From a virus (lineage: Duplodnaviria > Caudoviricetes), in IMG/VR virus record IMGVR_UViG_3300049988_000286, positions 224,001-288,000 of that record: 64,000 bases of DNA. One strand, given 5' to 3'. The notes beneath the pieces are model-generated. The model ran no database searches and had not been told where the DNA came from. It saw only the letters and a list, made by a program, of their open reading frames with translations. Shown here piece by piece: positions 46,856-54,293 of the stretch. Within the stretch, counting starts at the first letter, position 1. Each line of letters opens with the position of its first letter. A program made the position numbers and the translations under genes.

Positions 46856-47139
46856 TTTCCATGACGATGCCGCAAAGTCGGCGCTGTGCCGTCACCCTGA
46901 ACGGGCGAGAAATTGTCTTGCGCAAAGGCGAGCACGCCGTGTTGGAACTGCTTTTACTCGCCCGCCCGCATCCTTTATCCACGGAGCGTATCATCGACCT
47001 CCTCTGGCCCATTGCTGATGACGAGCCAGAGTGTGTCCGGCGGACTATCCAGATACGGCTGGCGCGGTTACGCCATCGTGGCTTCCCCATTTCGAAGTGG
47101 GAACTTGCCGGTTATCGCATCGTGGGAGATCAAGCATGA
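46852..47139 (+). CDS. stand-alone OmpR/PhoB-type winged-helix DNA-binding domain
   Basis: LNGREIVLRKGEHAVLELLL...LSTERIIDLLW...DEPE...IQIRLARLR...GYRI; no receiver domain. Confidence 0.8.
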   Translation: MISMTMPQSRRCAVTLNGREIVLRKGEHAVLELLLLARPHPLSTERIIDLLWPIADDEPECVRRTIQIRLARLRHRGFPISKWELAGYRIVGDQA

Positions 47140-47450
47140 ACATGGCGGATTTTATGAAGCGTGGCGAGGATGATCGTCGCATTGATCAATGTTTATTCGA
47201 TCACCTCGCGGACAGCGTGCGGGAGGTAGTGATCAAGCCCGAGAGGGCCTTGGAAGTAGTGGAGGGGCAGAGCTACACCCTCTGGATCACATCCGTGAAC
47301 TTCGGTTCCTCCACTCTAGCCCGGTTCAATCTCCTGTTCGCGGGCGGGCGACTTGTCGTCGAAGGGTTTGGAGAAAAGGATGACGAGGAGCCGGTCATCC
47401 GTTTGATCCGGGGCAGTGATGAAGAGATCATGCTCGCCAAGCTATTATGA
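47136..47450 (+). CDS. family A paralogue (divergent)
   Basis: RFNLLFAGGRLVVE...LIRGSDEEIMLAKLL*. Confidence 0.8.
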   Translation: MNMADFMKRGEDDRRIDQCLFDHLADSVREVVIKPERALEVVEGQSYTLWITSVNFGSSTLARFNLLFAGGRLVVEGFGEKDDEEPVIRLIRGSDEEIMLAKLL

Positions 47451-47734
47451 CCCGCAATCTGCACATCATCCTCCAAGGTGAGCAGACCGCGCTTGCGATG
47501 ACGATCCTCGACATGCGGGCACAAGGACTCCCGTTCCTCGTCTACTCTCGTCGCTGGACGGCCCTTTTCGGTATAGTAGGTCGAGTCATTTCATCTCGTC
47601 TGCTGGCAGCAGCAGAGTACTCGATCGCGCTGGGTAAGTATCAGGGGTTGATGATCAGGCGACACGATCTCGAACTGGTCAAGCTGCTATCGCGGGTTTC
47701 TGTCACGATCGAGGGATCGGAGCGGAGGCGGTGA
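47447..47734 (+). CDS. family C small protein
   Basis: IILQG...GLPF.VY...MIRRHDLELVKL. Confidence 0.65.
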   Translation: MTRNLHIILQGEQTALAMTILDMRAQGLPFLVYSRRWTALFGIVGRVISSRLLAAAEYSIALGKYQGLMIRRHDLELVKLLSRVSVTIEGSERRR

Positions 47735-48045
47735 CTGAAGAGGAATTCGCACTGCGGCCCGGCCGCGTTATCGAACGTGATTGGTGGCATCGGATCGGCG
47801 ATCTCATGGATCGTACCGGGATGGTGCGTGAGGTGAAGTTTTCGCAATCGCTGCGCTGCGGACTAGAGACCTACCGCAATGACGATCACATAATCTTCTG
47901 TCTAGATATTAGCAACCTCGATCGCTACAGCGTCACCTTCCCCGGCGGGCGCGTGGTGTTTGAATTCCTACACCGCTATCCCGAGATTCACGCGCGCGTT
48001 GTCGTCGGTGAGGATCAACTCACACTGCTCGCCCTGTATCTGTGA
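47731..48045 (+). CDS. family A paralogue (divergent)
   Basis: RYSVTFPGGRVVFE...VVVGEDQLTLLALYL*. Confidence 0.8.
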   Translation: MTEEEFALRPGRVIERDWWHRIGDLMDRTGMVREVKFSQSLRCGLETYRNDDHIIFCLDISNLDRYSVTFPGGRVVFEFLHRYPEIHARVVVGEDQLTLLALYL

Positions 48046-48224
48046 GGGGGTGTCGCGGTGGCTGCTGGACTCTAACCAGCTTACCTTCCGTCCAGTGGCT
48101 GCTCATTTACGCGGGGCATGTCTCCCGCTAGCGCTTTCTTCCACCGCAACGACTACCGTTTACCAGATTTTCCGCACCACGCAAGTAAATTGTTTTCGCA
48201 ATCATAGTCGGCTATAACACCACG

Positions 48225-48488
48225 ATGCCGCTACGCGCCATCGATGTTGTTCCCCGCGACGCCTACGTGGTGTCGTGGTTTCCGTCATGCCGAGCGTGGC
48301 GGGTGTTGTTCGGCTTCGAGCGCGGTATCTATGATAGCTTGGATGCGTGGCTGGCAGAGAACGGCATCTCTGCCGACAACGTATCGATCAGCCGATGCAG
48401 TGCGTCGTTCGACAGTCAACTCGACGCTTTGCTTTGCTATTGGGCCTTCCGCGAGGTAAAGCGCTGCGATGACCCAAGCGGAACTTGA
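48225..48488 (+). CDS. family B small protein
   Basis: ASFDSQLDALLCYW; TATAAC-N6-ATG. Confidence 0.7.
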   Translation: MPLRAIDVVPRDAYVVSWFPSCRAWRVLFGFERGIYDSLDAWLAENGISADNVSISRCSASFDSQLDALLCYWAFREVKRCDDPSGT

Positions 48489-48777
48489 TCTCTATGGCTT
48501 GATGGAAGCTGCCGCGAAGGCGGCGAAGCGCGATTCGTCCCTGTATATGAAGCACTGGTCAGAGCGCGGTCTATTTTTGCGGCGGTACCGTCACATGACC
48601 TTTATTCGCCGCTGGTATGAGCGTGATCAACGCGTCGATCGTCATATCTTCACCGTTGGGGGCGCGCGAGTAGTAGTCGATGCGTTCGTTGGTAAAGTCG
48701 ATGGTATTATGACGCTGCGTAGCGTGCGTCTCACGAGGGGGCAGGAGAGTGACCTCGTGCTTGCCGCTTTGCTGTGA
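48469..48777 (+). CDS. family A paralogue (divergent)
   Basis: RHIFTVGGARVVVD...LTRGQESDLVLAALL*. Confidence 0.8.
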   Translation: MTQAELDLYGLMEAAAKAAKRDSSLYMKHWSERGLFLRRYRHMTFIRRWYERDQRVDRHIFTVGGARVVVDAFVGKVDGIMTLRSVRLTRGQESDLVLAALL

Positions 48778-49142
48778 ACATCGAGGCGGCGCTTGAGCGG
48801 TATTGGGAAGCCGCGCGTCCTCACCCTGCGGTCAACGAAGCTTTGGTGAAGAGAATAATGCGCTTGAGTGCGGGCAATCCTTATCAGGAGCGCCGCGCTT
48901 ATGTAGGACGCTCGATATGGCACCACGATCTTCGCACCCTGCATATGCAATGGTGGTATCGCGACGATTGGACCACGGGAGAGCGAATACAATTTCGACG
49001 TTTCAACATCGTGCTTCATTGCGCGCACCGGCTAGTGGTCATCAATCGAAATTATCGCGCGTGTTGGCCATCAGATATCACGGGTGAGTATCGGCTCGTT
49101 TTCGGTGATGAGCACAGTCTGACCATGGCGTCGCTGCTATGA
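48774..49142 (+). CDS. family A paralogue
   Basis: RFNIVLH...RLVVIN...LVFGDEHSLTMASLL*. Confidence 0.85.
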   Translation: MNIEAALERYWEAARPHPAVNEALVKRIMRLSAGNPYQERRAYVGRSIWHHDLRTLHMQWWYRDDWTTGERIQFRRFNIVLHCAHRLVVINRNYRACWPSDITGEYRLVFGDEHSLTMASLL

Positions 49143-49390
49143 AGGTGACACAGGAATTGATACAGAAGTTTGTGACTACTTGCACCAAGGATCACAAACG
49201 GGGCATTTGGGGAATGCGAACCTTCCGACAAGGAGCAAGCACGACCTTCCTTATCCACCAGAGCCCCCGCCGTTGGGCGCGGTATGTCATACGCTTTAAC
49301 GATGAACGACTTGTCGTTGAGTTTCGCGACGAGGAGTTCCACGTTCGCAGTGGCGGGGAAGATGTAGTCGTGCTAGCACACTTGGTCTAG
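49139..49390 (+). CDS. family A paralogue (divergent)
   Basis: RYVIRFNDERLVVE...VRSGGEDVVVLAHLV*. Confidence 0.8.
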   Translation: MKVTQELIQKFVTTCTKDHKRGIWGMRTFRQGASTTFLIHQSPRRWARYVIRFNDERLVVEFRDEEFHVRSGGEDVVVLAHLV

Positions 49391-49399
49391 GAGACTGCG

Positions 49400-49804
49400 A
49401 TGAACCCCGCCAACACTGATCCGACCGTCACCAAAGCCATCGAGGCGCTCGGTGATCCATACGCCACCTTGATGCTCCGCATGTTGGAGGGATGGGTGGT
49501 CGATTGGAACAAAACCAGCGACAAGGATACGCGCTCTTCCTTCCTCGCGGTCACAGGCGGAAACCAAGTTCATGCCGCGATCCTCGATCTCATGGGTCAC
49601 TGGGGCAACGATCTCGCCTCCATCGCGGAAGAGGCCTATGGTCTGCGGATCGTCAATGAAGCCGGGATCGAACTGATGGGCAGCGACACGAGCCGCTACG
49701 TCGCTACCGGCGAGCACATCCATGTCGAGCTTGTCCCCGTGGGTGAGCAAGCGTATTTCGAACGTCGTGGCTGGGCTTGGCCAGCGGAACAGGAAGATCA
49801 GTGA
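49400..49804 (+). CDS. hypothetical protein
   Basis: AGGAG SD. Confidence 0.75.
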   Translation: MNPANTDPTVTKAIEALGDPYATLMLRMLEGWVVDWNKTSDKDTRSSFLAVTGGNQVHAAILDLMGHWGNDLASIAEEAYGLRIVNEAGIELMGSDTSRYVATGEHIHVELVPVGEQAYFERRGWAWPAEQEDQ

Positions 49805-50388
49805 TGCTCAACAGTTTCTATCGCTCGCTCGTGCCCGTCTCGCTGCCCTTCCGGGGGCGGGATCGCTACATGCATGGCTTCGACCTTGCCGCGCCCCGGA
49901 TGGCGGAAGGTTTCGAGGACTACCTCGAACCCGTGACTGCATTGTGCCGCGCCGCCGGGGCGTTGGTGGGTAAGGCCTATATGACGGTGGACGAGAAGAT
50001 CGTTCAGCCGGGCCGTAGCCAGCGGCGACCGGGACCGCATGTCGATGGCCAGTTTCTGCCAGAGAGCGCGTCGTGGGGCCACGATGGCGGCGGCGGTTGG
50101 AACCACATCTGCAACAACGTCCCGATGGCGAGGATGCCGGTCATTGTCGCGGCATCGGCGGTAGGATGCCGGGTGTGGGATGGCGACTTCGATGCTCAAC
50201 CAGCCCCTGATGGCGATCTCTCCCATATCGTTGATCGCCTCGGAGAGGGTGAGATCGTTCCGGCGGGGATGGGCTATCTCCTGTCGCCGGATTGTGTCCA
50301 TGAGAGCATGGTGTTCGAGGCTCCGACGCAGCGTAGCTTCCTCCGCATCGCGCTACCGATCGCGTTTGGCGAGGCGATGCGGCGCTGA
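49804..50388 (+). CDS. 2OG-Fe(II) dioxygenase-like (DSBH) protein
   Basis: RRPGPHVDG (HxD) ... VHES (distal His) ... RSFLRI (2OG-binding Arg). Confidence 0.65.
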   Translation: MLNSFYRSLVPVSLPFRGRDRYMHGFDLAAPRMAEGFEDYLEPVTALCRAAGALVGKAYMTVDEKIVQPGRSQRRPGPHVDGQFLPESASWGHDGGGGWNHICNNVPMARMPVIVAASAVGCRVWDGDFDAQPAPDGDLSHIVDRLGEGEIVPAGMGYLLSPDCVHESMVFEAPTQRSFLRIALPIAFGEAMRR

Positions 50389-50831
50389 TGGACTGGCGCG
50401 CCTTCAGGGATGAGCGACCGCAGGGGAGTGGCACGGTGCTGCTCTCCACTGCGTCGGGGTGGACTCGACTGGCGTCAGCCAACGCGATCCCCGATGATGG
50501 CGTGTTGGACGGCATCGTTTTCGTGCACTTCTGTTACATCGATCACCCCTATTCGATCCCTGACGAGCACGACTTCTCCTCCATCTGTCTTCTCAATGAT
50601 GGCGCAGCAGATGACAAGGTGCTCGCGCTGCGGGAAACCTTGGCACCAATGGGGCTAGCGGAAACGTGGTTAGAGTTCATCGCCGAGGGGAGGCTCTTTC
50701 TCGGTCAAGCGAGAAGCACCGAGACTTGGATGTGCAGCAACGATTTCGTTCTCGTTGCAAAGACCGATAGTGAACTCACGCTTGCCGTCATCGTAATCGG
50801 TAATCCCGCGACTGCTATCAACGATGCGTGA
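50388..50831 (+). CDS. hypothetical protein
   Basis: Coupled ORF. Confidence 0.6.
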   Translation: MDWRAFRDERPQGSGTVLLSTASGWTRLASANAIPDDGVLDGIVFVHFCYIDHPYSIPDEHDFSSICLLNDGAADDKVLALRETLAPMGLAETWLEFIAEGRLFLGQARSTETWMCSNDFVLVAKTDSELTLAVIVIGNPATAINDA

Positions 50832-51138
50832 TCTGCGTTTTCGCATCCGCCTCGTCGATATGGACGTGCCGATGGAGCGTGAGCGGTGCAGCGATCGATT
50901 TCTTGCGCGCGAGTTGTTTGACCGAACGGCGTTGAGTGCTTTCTTGCAAGAAACGCGTTCATCGTATTTCTTGTCGCAAGTCGTGAGTAGCAACTTCACG
51001 CCCTCGTATAACATCGGTGGGGGTGTTGTTCAGCTTAACACAGCGTTGATCATCTATGCGATCTTCATCGCCAAGGTCACTGATGTCAACGAGGTGCTAT
51101 TGCGCCTTGATGAATATGAAGGCGTGACTTGGTTGTGA
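50824..51138 (+). CDS. hypothetical protein
   Basis: Coupled ORF. Confidence 0.55.
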   Translation: MRDLRFRIRLVDMDVPMERERCSDRFLARELFDRTALSAFLQETRSSYFLSQVVSSNFTPSYNIGGGVVQLNTALIIYAIFIAKVTDVNEVLLRLDEYEGVTWL

Positions 51139-51392
51139 ACATAGTGATAGAGATCACTGGTACTTACTGTGATGTTGCGGCCAGTCTTGCAGCGTTGAGG
51201 CGATCGGGCATACCGTTCATCGACTACCGGCGCGTGGGCTCGCGAGCCATCGTCGAGGACTTTGAAAAATATGCATCATTGGCAAGTTGGACAGTCGAGG
51301 TTCGCTACACGATTCGTGAGCGGGATTTTGATCTAGCCCGTCTTGCGTGCACCGCCACCACGAGAATCAGTGAGCCGTGGCCAATTGAATGA
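51129..51392 (+). CDS. family C small protein
   Basis: IEITG...LRRSGIPFIDY...TIRERDFDLARL. Confidence 0.65.
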   Translation: MVVNIVIEITGTYCDVAASLAALRRSGIPFIDYRRVGSRAIVEDFEKYASLASWTVEVRYTIRERDFDLARLACTATTRISEPWPIE

Positions 51393-51646
51393 ATATCACC
51401 ATCTCGCTGATCGGTAACTCCAAGAGTATAGGCGGATCGATGAAGTCGTTCCGGCGCGCCGGTATTCCCTTCCTCTACTTTTCAAACCTTAATCGGACAG
51501 ATGTGCCAAGATATGTCGTTGGTTCGCGCACGCTCATTCGTAAATGGTCGAAGCGAAACCTTGTGAACCGCTACGAGTGCCGGGTAATGATCAGGGAGCG
51601 TGATTACGCTGTCGCCGTCTTGGCTGCAAAGTCATATACTAGGTAA
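51389..51646 (+). CDS. family C small protein
   Basis: ISLIG...FRRAGIPFLY...MIRERDYAVAVL. Confidence 0.65.
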   Translation: MNITISLIGNSKSIGGSMKSFRRAGIPFLYFSNLNRTDVPRYVVGSRTLIRKWSKRNLVNRYECRVMIRERDYAVAVLAAKSYTR

Positions 51647-52718
51647 TGATCTGAATCATCTCTGGCGGGATTGTGCCCTGATATGCGATCTGGGCGAAGT
51701 CAGAGAGGGAGTGCCGCCAGTCGCGCGGATCAGCGGGAGTGCCCGCGCGAGCCATCTTCCCCATGTAATCGTCATCGGCGAACAGGTGCTTGAACTCGCG
51801 TCGCGGTAGAACGATCTGGAGAATGACGGGCTCGATCTTGTCCGCGTGTCCGCGCAGCTTCTCGATGATCTCTTTGGCTCGTGTGGCCTTCTCCAGTTTG
51901 TCCTGCCACTTCGCCCGCTCTTTGTCGGTCTTCGCATACGGGATGCTGTTGCGCGCAAAGCCCTCGTTCCCACGGGCGGTAGCCCAGCCGTGGTAGGACA
52001 GGCGGCGGCGATCAACCTGTGTGGCCTTCCGGGCGTAATAGTCGGCTTGGTTGCGACTGGCGGTTAGGTAAATGCAGTCGGCGCGATGATCGGGGGAGTT
52101 CTTGTCTTTGTTCCAGACCCGCTGACTCGCCGACAAGGGAGCAAGGCCTTCCTCCATGATCACCTTCGCGCGAGCATTCGAGGTGCCGTGGTAGAGGATA
52201 AGGCGGCTGGGTGTCTGCGCGGTGTTGAGGATCGCGGAAACTGACCCCATGAGATCACCGTCCTCGTCCCGACGAGCCCAATTGCCGACAAAGACGGGAG
52301 TGCGGGCATTGACGATATCGAGGTCGAGCAACCGGGCCACGATGGTGCGGATATCCTCGGAATAGCGATTGCGATTACCGTTCCAAGACGGGCCTTCGCG
52401 CCACAACCCGATCTGCACACCCTTGGGGGTAAAGCGGATCATCAAGGTGTCGTCCTGCACGCTGGTGTCCATCTCGCGTCGAACCATCTGCATGACGCCC
52501 TCGCCCTGACCGGGATCGTCGTGGGTGCTCCACGGAATGCGATTCTCCTTGCCGTGATTGAAGCTTCCGCCGGGATAGGCGAAGATGATCGCGCCGTGAT
52601 CCTTGGTGAGGACGACGTGCGTCTCCTGATTGGGAGTCTTGCCGGTGCGGAGATCAATGACGCGGTTGCTGCCCGGATGATCCAGCATCACGCGCTCAAA
52701 GAGTTGTTGTAGTAGCAT
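51639..52718 (-). CDS. ADP-ribosyltransferase-like protein, H-Y clade (PARP/DUF952-like fold)
   Basis: LYHGTS...IMEEGL...CIYLTASRNQADYYA; N-terminus MLLQQLFE; TAAATA-N4-ATG. Confidence 0.75.
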   Translation of the reverse strand: MLLQQLFERVMLDHPGSNRVIDLRTGKTPNQETHVVLTKDHGAIIFAYPGGSFNHGKENRIPWSTHDDPGQGEGVMQMVRREMDTSVQDDTLMIRFTPKGVQIGLWREGPSWNGNRNRYSEDIRTIVARLLDLDIVNARTPVFVGNWARRDEDGDLMGSVSAILNTAQTPSRLILYHGTSNARAKVIMEEGLAPLSASQRVWNKDKNSPDHRADCIYLTASRNQADYYARKATQVDRRRLSYHGWATARGNEGFARNSIPYAKTDKERAKWQDKLEKATRAKEIIEKLRGHADKIEPVILQIVLPRREFKHLFADDDYMGKMARAGTPADPRDWRHSLSDFAQIAYQGTIPPEMIQIIT

Positions 52719-52764
52719 CGCTTATTTATTGCGAACTATCACGCAGTTAGAGCATGGTCCCTGC

Positions 52765-52938
52765 ATGAAGACTGATAAAGAACTCATCGAGGAGTATCTC
52801 GCCGCCGGTGGCACTGTCACCCGCCTCCCTTCCACCCGCGTCAATCGCGATGACCTTATCCCCAAGGCGACCAAGGATCAGCAAATCCTTGACGACCTCA
52901 TCCGGCGCGCCGGGGTGGATGATGTCCTCGGAGGCTAA
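52765..52938 (+). CDS. small hypothetical protein
   Basis: IEEYLAAGGTVTRLP motif common in phage small proteins. Confidence 0.65.
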   Translation: MKTDKELIEEYLAAGGTVTRLPSTRVNRDDLIPKATKDQQILDDLIRRAGVDDVLGG

Positions 52939-53176
52939 TGCATGGCGGGCCAGCATCGCGTGGGCGAAGATGACCACCACGGCATGGGACTTGGAACAGA
53001 TGCGCGCCCGGCTTGACCGGGAAGGCCCGCCCCTCCATCCCACCGCGAAGGAACAAGCAGCGATCGAGATTCTGGCGAGGGGATTGGTGTGAACTGCTCT
53101 CTCCGAGGAACTACCAGCGTCCGCCTTTACTTCGGATAATATCGCAACCTTGGTATCGTTGTGATATTCATATTGG

Positions 53177-53184
53177 TATAAATA
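53177..53184 (+). promoter_or_regulatory. T4-type late promoter TATAAATA
   Basis: Exact T4 late consensus upstream of the structural gene cluster. Confidence 0.7.
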
Positions 53185-53199
53185 TCGCAATGGAGAATA

Positions 53200-53475
53200 G
53201 TGGTGAATAGTAGCAATGGTGCAGCGGGTCATTTTGAACCCGAGGTCACTCACACGTTCCTGCCCGGTTGTCGGGAGTGTGGTGGCTCGCATCCTTTGGC
53301 CCGCAAGCCCCAGCAGTCGCCTGATCGCTGCCCCGATTGCGGTGCCCCCGCTGGAAAGATCGGGCCGACGATCCGCGAAGGCGCGGTGCTGTCGGGATAT
53401 TCCCCCGCTGCTCTGTTCAGCCGTGCCACGCTCGCAATCGGTGCAGCGTTGACCAACCTTTCGAAGAGGATTTAA
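53200..53475 (+). CDS. small Zn-ribbon protein
   Basis: CRECG...CPDCG. Confidence 0.55.
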   Translation: MVNSSNGAAGHFEPEVTHTFLPGCRECGGSHPLARKPQQSPDRCPDCGAPAGKIGPTIREGAVLSGYSPAALFSRATLAIGAALTNLSKRI

Positions 53476-53479
53476 CCAA

Positions 53480-53713
53480 ATGATGCAGATCAAGTACACG
53501 GTCTCGTCGTGCACCGAGAACGAAGTGGCCGTCAAGGCAACTGTTGCCGGGCGCGAAGTCGAGGCAAAGATTCCCGGACTCGTCGTCGAACTCATGTCAG
53601 AGGATGGCGGCATGGGCCACACCTATCGCCTCACCCCCGATGACTTCGAAGCCGCCAAGGACTTCTTCACCATTGGCGAAGATGTCATCCTCACGTTCAG
53701 CAAGCCCGAGTAA
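53480..53713 (+). CDS. hypothetical protein
   Basis: 77-aa ORF with SD. Confidence 0.75.
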   Translation: MMQIKYTVSSCTENEVAVKATVAGREVEAKIPGLVVELMSEDGGMGHTYRLTPDDFEAAKDFFTIGEDVILTFSKPE

Positions 53714-53722
53714 AGGAGCCAA

Positions 53723-54190
53723 ATGCCCGCTATTGCCCGTCCCCTTCCCCAGCCCACCACCGGTGACCGTATCGCGGATGCGATCCGGGGTGGCCTCGTC
53801 TCGCTCGCCACGGTATTCACCAACGCGGGCACCTCGATCGTGACCAACCGGATCATTCAGGCCGGTACCGCGCCCAAGAACATCGGCTGGGGCACCGGCA
53901 CCACCGCCGCCGCCGTCACTGATACCGCGCTCGTCACCGAAGCCGCCCCCACCACTGGTGGTGGTCGCACGGTTGGCACGGAGTCGCGCACGACGATCAC
54001 CGTCACTAACGACAACTATCAGGTTGTCGGCACCGTGACCGCCGTGTCGTCGCTCGCCATCACCGAAGCGGGCCTGTTCGATGCAGTGTCGGGCGGAAAT
54101 CTCCTGATCCGCTCGCAGTTTGCGGCGATCAACGTCTCGGCTGGCGATTCCATTGCCTTCACAGTTGGTCTGCGTTTCGTCGCTTCGTAA
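53723..54190 (+). CDS. tail/baseplate collar-type structural protein
   Basis: FTNAG...IGWGTGTTAAAVTDTALVTE...ITEAGLFDA...L..RSQF. Confidence 0.75.
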   Translation: MPAIARPLPQPTTGDRIADAIRGGLVSLATVFTNAGTSIVTNRIIQAGTAPKNIGWGTGTTAAAVTDTALVTEAAPTTGGGRTVGTESRTTITVTNDNYQVVGTVTAVSSLAITEAGLFDAVSGGNLLIRSQFAAINVSAGDSIAFTVGLRFVAS

Positions 54191-54217
54191 AGACTAGCAC
54201 TCGGGTTTATGAAAGCG

Positions 54218-54248
54218 AAGGGTCGGTCTCCACCGGCCCTTTTCTTTT
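54218..54248 (+). terminator. intrinsic terminator
   Basis: AAGGGTCGGT CTCC ACCGGCCCTT followed by TTCTTTT. Confidence 0.75.
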
Positions 54249-54293
54249 GCTCTAAATAGACGACACGGCGTAGATCAAGTATCTTGGAGACAA

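Noticed and set aside
44548-49390. Integron-like or DNA-repeat cassette explanation for the family A array
   Set aside because: The aligned 3' ends differ mainly at synonymous positions and show no palindromic attC-like structure, so conservation is at protein level.
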